Below are positions 10,360 to 22,876 of a DNA stretch of 64,000 nt, piece after piece. The notes beneath the pieces were generated by a model. That model was not told where the DNA came from, did not search any database, and saw only the letters and a list, made by a program, of their open reading frames with translations. Location of the stretch: the NCBI GenBank assembly GCA_963844715.1, contig CAWJPJ010000007.1:576001-640000 (forward strand). Reading direction: 5' to 3'. Every line of letters begins with the position of its first letter. The stretch's first letter is position 1. The translations under genes were made by a program, and so were the position numbers. Source of the DNA: an uncultured Phycisphaerales bacterium. GTDB lineage: Bacteria; Planctomycetota; Phycisphaerae; Tepidisphaerales; Tepidisphaeraceae.

Positions 10360-11664
10360 ATGCCGCCCCTGAATTTTCTTCCTCTAGATGACCATCCGCG
10401 CATCGGCGTGTTTGCCGAAATCTCTCAGCTCGTCCGCGACGATATGCCGCCGCGCGAAGCATTGCAGGTCCTTCTTTCCGCTTTGCACCGCGCCTATCCG
10501 GGCGGGACGTGTTACGTCGAGGTCAACACGACCGATCTTCCCGCCGGGAGTTTTCGCCTGACGCGGGTTTGGCGCGAGGACAACAGCGAAGCGGTCCCGA
10601 ACAACAGTCCATGGAATTGGCGAAATGTTTCTGTGCGAAGCGGGGGGGTGGTGGCCGAGTTTATCGCCCGGAAATGCCCGTCCGCCGCCGTGAATGTCGA
10701 GCTCGATCCGAGCGATCCGGTCTATCCGGAACTTCGTGACTATCACAGCATCGCCGCCGCGCCCGGCGCCGCGGGCGACCCGGACAACTGGGTGCTGATC
10801 TTCCGAACCGCTGCCGATGGCGTCGACGCCGAATTTCTCGAAAACATGCTCCTTCGCGTGGGCCTGATCGGAACGGCCATGAGGAATTTGCAGGCCCTGG
10901 GGGATCTGCGCCGCGCCAACGCGTTTATCGACGCCGAGTTGGACCGCCTGGCGGCGATTCAGCGAGCCTTGCTGCCGGAGTTTACGCCCGATATCCCCGG
11001 TCTGGACTTTGCCGCGAAGAGCCAGACGTTCGATCGCGCCGGCGGGGATTTGTATGACATCGTGGAGCTTCCGACCGGCCAGTGGGTTTTTTGCATCGCC
11101 GACGCGAGCGGCCACGGCCCGTCGGCCGCCGTCGTTGCCGCCATGCTCCACGCGGTGCTTCACGCCTATCCGTCGACCGTCGATCACGACCGATCGGCCC
11201 CCAGCCCGGCCAACGCCCTGGCCTACGCCAACCGCCAATTAGCTGCCAAGCGAATCGAGTACTCCTTCATCACCGCGATTCTCGCCCTCTGGGATCCCAA
11301 AACCAAAGTCTTCACCTATTCTCGCGCCGGCCACAACCCTCCCATGCTGCGCCACGCGGGAAACGTCACCGAACTGAAACAAGTCGGTAATCTTCCGCTG
11401 GCGATATTTCCGGAAACGAAATACGACCAGGCCGACGTCCAGCTACAAACCGGCGACGTGTTGATCCTCTTCACCGACGGCATAACCGAGGCGGTCAGCG
11501 ATTCGGGCGCGATGTTCGGTGAAGATCGTTTGCGCCAATATCTCCTGCGAGCCGAGGGATCGGCCGCCGAAATTCTTTGTTCCCTGAGCGAAGCCGTGCA
11601 GAGATTCTCCTGCCATGAGCGCTCCCGCGACGATCAGACCCTCATGGTTCTGCGCATAAAATAA
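10360..11664 (+). CDS. PP2C/SpoIIE-family (RsbU-like) serine phosphatase with an N-terminal GAF-like region
   Basis: IQRALLP, AGGDLYD, IADASGHG, RAGHNPP, LFTDGITE, FGEDRL and DDQT. Confidence 0.9.
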   Translation: MPPLNFLPLDDHPRIGVFAEISQLVRDDMPPREALQVLLSALHRAYPGGTCYVEVNTTDLPAGSFRLTRVWREDNSEAVPNNSPWNWRNVSVRSGGVVAEFIARKCPSAAVNVELDPSDPVYPELRDYHSIAAAPGAAGDPDNWVLIFRTAADGVDAEFLENMLLRVGLIGTAMRNLQALGDLRRANAFIDAELDRLAAIQRALLPEFTPDIPGLDFAAKSQTFDRAGGDLYDIVELPTGQWVFCIADASGHGPSAAVVAAMLHAVLHAYPSTVDHDRSAPSPANALAYANRQLAAKRIEYSFITAILALWDPKTKVFTYSRAGHNPPMLRHAGNVTELKQVGNLPLAIFPETKYDQADVQLQTGDVLILFTDGITEAVSDSGAMFGEDRLRQYLLRAEGSAAEILCSLSEAVQRFSCHERSRDDQTLMVLRIK

Positions 11665-11754
11665 ATTTTATTGACCGGGACAGTCGATTTTGGTTTGATT
11701 CCCCGCCGCGTCGTTTGAGATTTGGTTGAAATCACTTTTTTTGGGAGAGCCCCC

Positions 11755-12062
11755 ATGCGAATGATCATGCAGATCGTTGTTCCGAACGAGCCGTTCAACA
11801 AGTATGTCCGCGACGGTTCCGCCGGCGCCAAATGGGGCGCATTTTGGAATCCCTTCGCCCCGAAGCGATTTACTTCACCGACCAAAGCGGGCATCGCGGG
11901 GCGATCGCCATCGTCGACGTCGCGGATCCGTCGAAAATTCCGGCGCTCGCCGAACCCTGGTTTTTAATTTTCAACGCCGACGTTAAATTCCAGATTGCCA
12001 TGACTCCGGACGATCTGAAAAAGTCGGGTCTTGACGAGTTGGGCAAGAAATGGGGTTCGTGA
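11755..12062 (+). CDS. Small DUF3303-like protein (family often mis-annotated as pantothenate synthetase); indel near 11830
   Basis: Joined reading MRMIMQIVVPNEPFNKYVRDGSAGAKMGRILESLRPEAIYFTDQSGHRGA...IPALAEPWFL...MTPDDLKKSGL; GGAG RBS. Confidence 0.7.
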
Positions 12063-12063
12063 A

Positions 12064-13215
12064 TCAAGGCGCTGGCGCCGTCGTGGCATGGGTCGACCGG
12101 CCGAACAATTCGATCGGCACGGCCAGCGGCGCTGGGTACACAGGAAAGTAATTTCCCGCCATGATGTTTGCCATCGGCGTTGCAACCTGAATGATCATGG
12201 CCGCCGCCAGCAGATGATTGGTGAAGAGCGGTCGCTGGCAGAAAAGCACCACGACGCCGATGAGCATCGCTGGAAACGCGTAAGAGGCCACGCGGCTTCG
12301 GTCGGCAACAAACATCGATGCCATTAAAACCGGCGCGATTCCCGCGACAAATGCCAGGAACATCCACCGGGAACGATACTTAAAAAGAAATGCCACCAGC
12401 GCGACGACCAGAATCCATCCCCCGCGCAATGCGAAATACCACGCCGGCCAGATCATGATGTTGTTGTCGCGCGGACTAACCAAGGCCGCCTTTCGATAAA
12501 CCGCGGGGTTGATCTGCGACGCATGGCGGATCGCCAGATAACCGATAAACCAGATCGCCGCCGCCCCTCCGATCCACGCCGCGCGGACGGTCGCCTCGCG
12601 TCGCCAATTGTCCGCTGGCGATCCTTTCTTCACCAGATGCCACAAGATCACAAGTGGCGCGACGGCGAGAATGCGTTCGTCCGCGAACATGCCGATTCCC
12701 ATGCACGCCGCCGAAATCGGCGCCGGCGAGGCCCCCATCGACAGCAGCAAAAAAAGACTCGCCATGCTGTCCTGGTAGCCCGGCCACGTCTGTGAGGTCA
12801 CACATGCCAGCGTGAGGCTCATCACGACCGCCGTTGCGAATGCCGTACTCGCGCGAGTTCTTTTCAATATCACAACGTAGGTAACGAGGCAGATGATCGG
12901 GTTCGCAAACCATGGCACCAGGACGCTGGTGCGTCCCCGCAAATGCAACCAATACGCGATCAATGGGCAGAGAATCCGATGCCGCAGCATCATCGAATTG
13001 CTGTTGATCTGCCCATGAAAAGGGTCGTAGCTCAGCGGCAGATATGCGTCCGTGAACCGATCGGTAATCGGGTTCGGCCGAAGGTCGCGGATCAGATCGC
13101 CCGGATAAGCCAAAAACAGCGATAAAAGCGTGATCGATCCGACAATGGCCAGCAGCGCAATCAAGCGGCCTCGGCGCGCTTCCATTCCCCCAATCCACGC
13201 CTCGATTTGATTCAT
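12064..13215 (-). CDS. Polytopic membrane protein, possibly of GT-C glycosyltransferase fold
   Basis: About 9-10 hydrophobic segments; loop motifs HRILCPLIA, YQDS and ADER. Confidence 0.55.
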   Translation of the reverse strand: MNQIEAWIGGMEARRGRLIALLAIVGSITLLSLFLAYPGDLIRDLRPNPITDRFTDAYLPLSYDPFHGQINSNSMMLRHRILCPLIAYWLHLRGRTSVLVPWFANPIICLVTYVVILKRTRASTAFATAVVMSLTLACVTSQTWPGYQDSMASLFLLLSMGASPAPISAACMGIGMFADERILAVAPLVILWHLVKKGSPADNWRREATVRAAWIGGAAAIWFIGYLAIRHASQINPAVYRKAALVSPRDNNIMIWPAWYFALRGGWILVVALVAFLFKYRSRWMFLAFVAGIAPVLMASMFVADRSRVASYAFPAMLIGVVVLFCQRPLFTNHLLAAAMIIQVATPMANIMAGNYFPVYPAPLAVPIELFGRSTHATTAPAP

Positions 13216-13285
13216 AACCGGATTGTACGTCTTTTCGCCGCCCGCAAAAATTCTGCGCGTCTGCTGATCCGACCGGCGATGCCCG

Positions 13286-14428
13286 TCAGTTCTTCGTGGT
13301 GCTACCGCCGTCGATGATCAGATGAATGACCTCCGGGTCCTGGCCATATTGTGTGTGCGCCGAGAGGGGATTAACCCAGAATCCGCCCCCTTTAAAGAAC
13401 GGGATGTACCACGCGGTCTGCGTCACGTTGATCATCACGTTGCTGAAGGTCACGTGCTCAACCGTTTGGCGCGCCAGCGGCGAGATGGGATAGCTCAGAA
13501 AATCATTGGGGTCGCTGACCGCGATAAGGTAGAGCGGATTTTTTGTTTTCTGGAACCGCAAGTCGGCGAAGCGCTTCATGGTGTCGTAGCCGCTGGGGCG
13601 CGTGGTGGGCTGGCCGTCCTTGGCGGGCTCGATCTCGGTGAGCGTCAGCAGCGGAAGCTGATTGGCGAGCATGAAAAACGCATAGGTGTGCTGCGCGATA
13701 TCGGTGAACGCCTTGCGGTGCTGGCCGACCGTCGGCTGCGTTCCGGCGGCGCTGGCGTTGAGGGTCGGAATATCCAGGCAATCAAATAAAATCTTGCTCC
13801 CCAAACTCCAGGTGACGAAAAAATAGGCGTAATCCCCGTTGGTATCGCTCTTCAGGTCGCGATGCATGCAGACGAGCGCATCGCGCACGGCGTCTTGAAT
13901 GGCCGATTTATAAGTCCCCGCGTAAATGAGCGCATCTGCGGCCCGATTGTTGAAAAATATCTGTCGCGAGTCGTTCATTTGATGCAAACGCAGCGCCGTC
14001 ACGGTTTCGTCATTGTCATAACCAAGATATTCACTTTCCAGTTGTTGGGTTATCCCCTCCCAGGTGAGAACGTAAACCCGCAACTGCCGATTCCCGTCCC
14101 CGGCAAAATCCTGCCGCGTTAACGATCCCATCTCTCCCTTCGCGACCACCGGCGAAGCGCTCCCGCACGCCTTCAAGTTCAATTCCTTGCAGATCGCGTC
14201 GAGCAGCGGCTGGGGGTCCTTCTGCGGCGGCCACCCCGAATACCCGCCGATCCCGTGGACGAACAGCAATGCCACGATCGTGTTCGTCTTCATGGCGTCC
14301 CGAAGTCCGGGGAATCCCTGGTCGATCCTCTCATGGTGCACGTCCGTGCATCCCAGCAAGAACAGAACCAGAATTCCCGCACCCGCCGCCTTGATTCGCG
14401 GGCGCACCCATCCCTCAATTTGTGTCAT
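13286..14428 (-). CDS. Putative lipoprotein with alpha/beta-hydrolase-like motifs
   Basis: LLGC lipobox, LFVHGIG, TWSLGS (nucleophile-elbow-like), SDPNDFLSYP and AHTQY. Confidence 0.6.
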   Translation of the reverse strand: MTQIEGWVRPRIKAAGAGILVLFLLGCTDVHHERIDQGFPGLRDAMKTNTIVALLFVHGIGGYSGWPPQKDPQPLLDAICKELNLKACGSASPVVAKGEMGSLTRQDFAGDGNRQLRVYVLTWEGITQQLESEYLGYDNDETVTALRLHQMNDSRQIFFNNRAADALIYAGTYKSAIQDAVRDALVCMHRDLKSDTNGDYAYFFVTWSLGSKILFDCLDIPTLNASAAGTQPTVGQHRKAFTDIAQHTYAFFMLANQLPLLTLTEIEPAKDGQPTTRPSGYDTMKRFADLRFQKTKNPLYLIAVSDPNDFLSYPISPLARQTVEHVTFSNVMINVTQTAWYIPFFKGGGFWVNPLSAHTQYGQDPEVIHLIIDGGSTTKN

Positions 14429-14447
14429 GGTTGAATTATACGTTGGG

Positions 14448-15278
14448 TCATTTCCCGCAGAAGTCCACCAGCCGCGCGATCTCGCTTCGCAAATCTTTCC
14501 GATGCACGACGAAGTCGACAAACCCTTTTTCTTCCAGAAACTCGCTGCGCTGAAATCCGTCGGGCAATTCGACTTTGATCGTATTCCATATCGTTCGCGG
14601 TCCGGCGAATCCGATCAGCGCCTTGGGTTCGGCAACGATAAAATCCCCAAGCATCGCGAAGCTCGCCGTCACGCCCCCGGTGGTCGGATCGGCCAGAAGA
14701 CTGATGAACAATCCCCCCGCATCGTCGTAACGCGCCAGCGCCGCCGACGTCTTGGCCATCTGCATCAGCGATAGCGTCGATTCCTGCATCCGCGCCCCTC
14801 CGGAGCAACTGACGATCACCAGCGGCAGCTTCTCCTCGGTTGCCGTTTCGATCGTGCGGGTGATCTTTTCCCCCACGACGCTCCCCATCGAGCCCATCAT
14901 GAACGTCGGATCCATGACCGCCATCATGATCGGCCGGCCCTTGATAAAGGCTTTTCCGCAGACGACGGCGTCGACTTCGCCGCTCTTTTCGCGTTCACTC
15001 TTCAGGCGGTCCTTATATGCCTTCTTGTCGACGAATTTTAGCGGGTCCGCCGGCTCAATATCTTCGAACATCTCCTCGAAGCTGCCCGGATCGGTGAGCT
15101 GCTCGATCCGCGTGCGGGCGGAAATTCGGAAGTGATATTGGCATTCCGGGCAGACGTGCAGCGCCTCTTCCACGACTTTGCGGAAGAGCATGGCGCTGCA
15201 TTCCCCGCAGCGCATCCAAAGCCCTTCGGGTACGCCTTCTTTTTTGGTTGCCGCGGAATCGTTCGGTGCCTGGGACAT
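14448..15278 (-). CDS. accD: Acetyl-CoA carboxylase carboxyltransferase beta subunit
   Basis: VPEGLWMRC..C, CPEC.YH, GSMGSVVGEK, SGGARMQE and PTTGGVTASFA. Confidence 0.97.
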   Translation of the reverse strand: MSQAPNDSAATKKEGVPEGLWMRCGECSAMLFRKVVEEALHVCPECQYHFRISARTRIEQLTDPGSFEEMFEDIEPADPLKFVDKKAYKDRLKSEREKSGEVDAVVCGKAFIKGRPIMMAVMDPTFMMGSMGSVVGEKITRTIETATEEKLPLVIVSCSGGARMQESTLSLMQMAKTSAALARYDDAGGLFISLLADPTTGGVTASFAMLGDFIVAEPKALIGFAGPRTIWNTIKVELPDGFQRSEFLEEKGFVDFVVHRKDLRSEIARLVDFCGK

Positions 15279-15287
15279 ATTCGTTGG

Positions 15288-15869
15288 TTACGCCGCTTTG
15301 TGGTTCCTCGGGCCGACGTCCATGCTCGCCATCGCCTGCCGCTCGTGCAAGTGCCGCGCGATCTGATCGGGGGGCTCTCCAAGGATGACGCCCGCCGCGA
15401 TCTGCAACGCCATCGGCCGCAGCGATAGCGCCGCCGTCAAACCGCGATTTCGCTTTAGTATTCTCGCCAGCGCAGTCCCAATCCGTCCGATCACCGCCTC
15501 GACCGGCTCTCCCTCCGGCGGAGTCACCGACAACGGATTGGAAAACCACTGAGGGAACACCGTCGGGAACCGCAGTTTCAATTCCTCGCGCGTCAATCCC
15601 TCCCACAGGCCCATGTGCACTTCCTGCAGATCTTCGTTGTCGCGCGGACGAAGCTCGAATTTTTTCGCGACGATTTTCGCCACTTGATCGCACGCTTCAT
15701 TCGCCGCCGGCCGGTACACGCTTGCCACCGGTTCGCCCAGTGAATCAACCAGATGCCCGATCGCGTCGATCGCTTCGGCGGTCAGCGGCAGCGACATGCT
15801 TCCGGCGATGCGCCCCTCGGCATCCCAAGGCGTCGGCCCCGCCTCGATCAGCAATACCCGCGTACTCAT
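15288..15869 (-). CDS. Histidine-phosphatase-fold protein lacking the catalytic RHG motif
   Basis: VLLIEAGPTPWDAEGRIAG, LQEVHMGLWEGL and PPEGEP match the family, but RHG reads EAG. Confidence 0.75.
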   Translation of the reverse strand: MSTRVLLIEAGPTPWDAEGRIAGSMSLPLTAEAIDAIGHLVDSLGEPVASVYRPAANEACDQVAKIVAKKFELRPRDNEDLQEVHMGLWEGLTREELKLRFPTVFPQWFSNPLSVTPPEGEPVEAVIGRIGTALARILKRNRGLTAALSLRPMALQIAAGVILGEPPDQIARHLHERQAMASMDVGPRNHKAA

Positions 15870-15927
15870 TGCCCAAATGAATAAGCCCAAGGGTCACTTC
15901 TGTAAAGGAAATATAGCGCCGCGCCTG

Positions 15928-15955
15928 TTGAACCTCAAAAATCAGACGTTAGAAT
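15928..15955 (+). promoter_or_regulatory. Sigma70-type promoter for the cobalamin riboswitch leader
   Basis: TTGAAC-N16-TAGAAT, ending about 10 nt before the riboswitch P1 strand. Confidence 0.6.
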
Positions 15956-15964
15956 GCCCCGCGA

Positions 15965-16150
15965 CTCACGAGCGGCTGTTCAAGCCCGTCCGGCGGTAAA
16001 CGCCGGGCGAACGGGAAGACGGTGAAATTCCGTCGCGGACGCGCCGCTGTAAAGGACACCATTTGCCTCGTCGGCAGTGAGCCACTGTTCCGCTTCACGC
16101 GGGATGGGAAGGCGCCGGAGAGAGTCCTGAGCCAGAAGACCGGCTCGTGG
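15965..16150 (+). ncRNA. Cobalamin (B12) riboswitch
   Basis: GGGAAGACGGTGAAATTCCGTCGCGG..CCGCTGTAA, GCCACTG (16081), GGGAAGGCG (16106) and B12 box GAGCCAGAAGACCGGC (16129-16144); P1 pairing CACGAGC(15967)/GCTCGTG(16143). Confidence 0.95.
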
Positions 16151-16358
16151 GTTTGTGGATCGGGCGATTGTCGCCTGGTCAGATCGGCTTGGTCCTCGCG
16201 ATTCGGGACTGCCGGGCAAAGCACTCCACGAGCTTCCTCCCTGGCCGGCCATTGCGCCGCGCCCTGGCTCCTGCCCGTGCTGACGCCTTGGGCACCCCAA
16301 TCGCTGGATCAAGGTTTTTCAATTGTCAGCGCCGCGCGAATCGGCGCAGGAGAATTTC

Positions 16359-19364
<3,006 letters not shown>

Positions 19365-19588
19365 TCACGGGAGCTTGGCTCGCAAGGATTGCCAAAGTGA
19401 GTTCAAACGGCACTTTGGATGGTGGCAAACGAGTCGCAAATCTCGTTTCGCCCCAAGGGATGCTTGGATAGGCGCTGTTGTGCGATGGGTATCCATTGTG
19501 TTAATTGATAATGCCCGCCGTCTGGGGACGGCCGTCGCGGGCGAAAAGGATCCCGCGAGTTTCTTGCAGAAGAGCAGGCGGCATATCG

Positions 19589-20359
19589 ATGAACTCGCGA
19601 GAATGGCGAATTCAACTGGGGTACGGACACACCTTGAGTCGCGTGGATGACGGCCCGCGCAAGGGGCGTATTCCGCGCGAGGGGTATATTCGCAGTTGCG
19701 GCCTGTGCGTCGGCAATCTGACGAGCTTATGCAGCCAGGATCCGGAGTATCGCGCGGCGCAGGATCGTGTCCGACGGACGCGGGGGCATCGACGAACATA
19801 AGCTGATGAATATTTTCATGCTGATGACCTTTTTCATGTCCAACACCAAGGGTCATATTGTGGAATTCGGCTGCTACAAAGGGGGATCTGCGCTCTTCAT
19901 GGCGAAGCTGGCGGCCCGTTTTATGCCCGAAACGCGAGTTTATGCGTTTGATACCTTTGCCGGGATGCCCGAGACGGACAAAGCGGTGGACCTTCACAAG
20001 GCGGGAGATTTCAGTGATGTGAGTGTCGAAAGCGTGCGCGAACTTGCTCAATCGGCGGGACTGACCAACATCGAGTTTATTCCCGGGCAGTTTGAGGATA
20101 CGGCCCCCGATGCGCTGGCGCGGATCGGAAAGATCGCGCTGGCGCACATTGACTGCGACATTTATTCCGGCGTGCAATTTTCATACGATGCGTGCAAGCC
20201 CTACATGGTCCATGGCGGCTACGTCATTTTTGACGACCCGTTGGCCTCGACCTGTCTTGCGCGCTGGAGGCAGTGGAGGATTGCGTTATCATCCGCGACG
20301 GACTGCACGCGGAGCAAGCGTATCCTCACATGGTCTTCCGTTATCCGCCGATCAAGTAG
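19589..20359 (+). CDS. TylF/MycF/NovP-like O-methyltransferase; indels near 19760 and 20260; start uncertain (19505 or 19589)
   Basis: GHIVEFGCYKGGS, YAFDTFAGMP, GQFEDT, AHIDCDIYS and GGYVIFDD. Confidence 0.8.
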
Positions 20360-20491
20360 CTAATACTGATTCTTCCCCGGCCTTCACGAATGCTTGATGA
20401 AACAAAACGCTTGTAGAAGCCCGGCCAAGGCTACACCGTCGTGTGTCCGCTAGTTTGGGCACAGTTCCAGCCAACGGTAAACTCCTCAATC

Positions 20492-21311
20492 ATGGACCCC
20501 TACAACGTCGTCCTCATTCAGCCGGACGGCTATCCCCACGCCATGGCCTTGCGCGAAATCGCCCTGCTGCTTCACTATTCTCTTCAGTCGCTCGGGCTTC
20601 AGTCCAAAGCCACGATCAACATTCTCGATCCAGATGCGGTCAACGTCCTTGTCGGCTACCACGTCCTGCGAAAGCCCTCCATGCTGAAGGATCGGCGACT
20701 ACATCATTTATCAACTCGAACAGCTCGGCGACCGCCCGGAGTGGTTTGAACCCGAAATTGTGGACATGCTCAAAGGCGCGCAGGCCATTTGGGATTACAG
20801 CCTTGAGAATATCCAAGTCCTACGCGATCAGGGCTTGAGCAACCTCAAGCATCTCCCCATCGGCTTTCATCCGAATCTGCAAACCATCCCCAAGGCGGAA
20901 GAAGACGTCGATGTCCTTTTCTACGGCTCGATCAACGACCGCCGCGAAAAAATCCTCGCCGATTTGCGGCCCCGCTGCCGCGTCCAGGAACTGTTTCAAA
21001 TTTATGGCCCGGAACGAGACGCCTGGATCGCGCGATCGAAGATCATCCTCAATATTCACTTTTACGAGACGCGGATCATGGAGCAGGCCCGGCTGAGCTA
21101 CCTGCTGAATAACGGGCGATTTATCGTCAGCGAAGATTCCGCGGCCAATCCTTTTCAGGACATGATCGCCGCGGTTCCTTACGATCGCGTCGTCGAATCA
21201 TGTCTGATGTTTTTGCAGGATGCCGCGGCGCATCAAAGCCAGGCCCAGCGCGGCTTGGATCTTTTCCGCCGGCGGCCGATGACAGAGTACCTCCGTCCGC
21301 TTATTTCTTGA
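20492..21311 (+). CDS. Glycosyltransferase-like protein (GT-B C-terminal half); indel near 20695
   Basis: IIYQLEQ, IWDYSLENI, DVDVLFYGSINDRR and IARSKIILNIHFY...EQARL...FIVSE. Confidence 0.7.
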
Positions 21312-21870
21312 GGAAATTCGCCAGCAGCTTCTCGCCCTGTTCCGTGAGGAAGCTCTCAGGGTGATATTGCACGCCCTCTAGGGGCCAGCGTTTGTGACGC
21401 ACGCCCATGATTTCGTCCGCTTCGGTCCAACTGCTTACCTCAAAATCATCCGGCAACGTCCCGTTTCGAATGATCAGGCTGTGATAACGCGTGGCCGTGA
21501 ACGGATTGGGCATGCCTGTGTAAATTGTCTTACCGTCGTGATGGATCGCATCGGTTTTTCCGTGCATTAATCGAGCGGCTCGTTCGACGATAGCGCCGCT
21601 GACATATCCGATGCACTGATGTCCAAGACAAACCCCGAGCACCGGAATCTTCGGGCCGAAATACTTGATGACATCGTTGCTGACTCCGCCTTCCTTCGGC
21701 GTGCACGGGCCAGGCGAAATCACGATGTGCGTCGGATGCAACGCTTCAATCTCCCCCACATTCACTTTGTCGTTGCGAAAAACCCGCATCTCATGATGTG
21801 GACCCACTTCCCCCAGCTTTTGCACCAGGTTGTAGGTGAACGAATCGTAATTATCGATCAATACCAGCAT
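21301..21870 (-). CDS. trpG: Anthranilate / aminodeoxychorismate synthase glutamine amidotransferase component II
   Basis: MLVLIDNYDSFTYNLVQ, ISPGPCTP, GVCLGHQ, RYHSL and GVQYHPES. Confidence 0.93.
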   Translation of the reverse strand: MLVLIDNYDSFTYNLVQKLGEVGPHHEMRVFRNDKVNVGEIEALHPTHIVISPGPCTPKEGGVSNDVIKYFGPKIPVLGVCLGHQCIGYVSGAIVERAARLMHGKTDAIHHDGKTIYTGMPNPFTATRYHSLIIRNGTLPDDFEVSSWTEADEIMGVRHKRWPLEGVQYHPESFLTEQGEKLLANFLKK

Positions 21871-21998
21871 CACCGCTAAGCCTATTGCGCCTGCGCATAA
21901 AAGTAAAAAAACGCGGGAATCCGAGGCTCGCACGCGGACGGACTCATGGATTTCCCCAGCGGCATCCACTAAATTCGTCGCGGAAATAAGGAGTCTCG

Positions 21999-22579
21999 AT
22001 GCCCGCTCATTCCTCCGGCCGAAATCGCGCGTTCCTGGTCCTCGGCCCGGAGTCGGCGGGAAATCGGTTCATCACCGGTTACATGATCGCCGCGGGGTGT
22101 CGTGGCGACGCCGGGCACGACCAACGCCTCGATTTATGCCTCGAAAATCCGCAGGTTTTGAAGGATTTCGGCGAGCCGCTGGTATGGCGCCGCAGCCTTC
22201 CCTATCAAGCGGAGGAAAAACGCTGCTGGCCCGATCTGGAACAAATGTTGGCGCGACTTACGCGCTTCGGCTACCAGACGCGCGTGGTCGCCATTTTCGA
22301 AACCAATATTGCAATGTGCAGTCTGATGCGTTTGGTCCCGAGCATCACGTCGATACCGCAAAAGAAGCCGAATTAAACCTCTTCCGTAGCATGCGCCGAA
22401 TTTCCTCATTTATCCTCGAGAACCAAATCCCCGCCTATTTCCTCACTTATGAAAGCATGATTTTGTATCCTGACTTCTTCAACCACGCTTTGCAGCAATG
22501 GGGATTGAATCCGCCCGAAACGTGGAGCATCAAGGATGCTAACATGAAGTATCTCAATGGCTTACAGCAGGACCGATAA
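21999..22579 (+). CDS. Hypothetical protein with sulfotransferase/P-loop-like motifs; indel near 22296
   Basis: FLVLGPESAGNR resembles the 5'-PSB loop, VVAIFRN the 3'-PB region, and LTYESM the YE motif. Confidence 0.45.
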
Positions 22580-22876
22580 GCGGGTCGCAACCCTGCGATT
22601 CGCCATGGCGCCCAGTTGCGGAAAAGTCAAAAAGTGCAAAAGCATAAATCGAAAAGTGCAATACAAAAGGCTTGGCGAACTTACCCCGTTGGGGTAAATA
22701 ACTTCCCAGAGAGTTGCGCCTGTACCGACGGCGTGACCACCGCTGAAGGCTGTCTTGTAGCGAGGTGGCTTCAAATGCGGGGCGGAGAGTCGGCTGGAGA
22801 GTCCTACCTGTCGTAAAAAGTCGCTGTTGCCCGTGGGTACACTACCCTTTGGCACAGCTAGCGAAGAGGAGAGAAC

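Noticed and set aside
15288..15869. CobC (alpha-ribazole phosphatase), suggested by its position beside the B12 riboswitch
   Set aside because: It is transcribed away from the riboswitch, is coupled to accD and lacks the catalytic His.
19420..19455. c-di-GMP-I riboswitch (GGCAAAC hairpin)
   Set aside because: Only a simple hairpin is present; there is no GNRA loop/receptor or second stem in the expected arrangement.
22849..22865. Sigma54 promoter (TGGCAC...) before the second PEP-CTERM gene
   Set aside because: The spacing is GG-N8-GC rather than N10, and the sequence is part of a hairpin arm.
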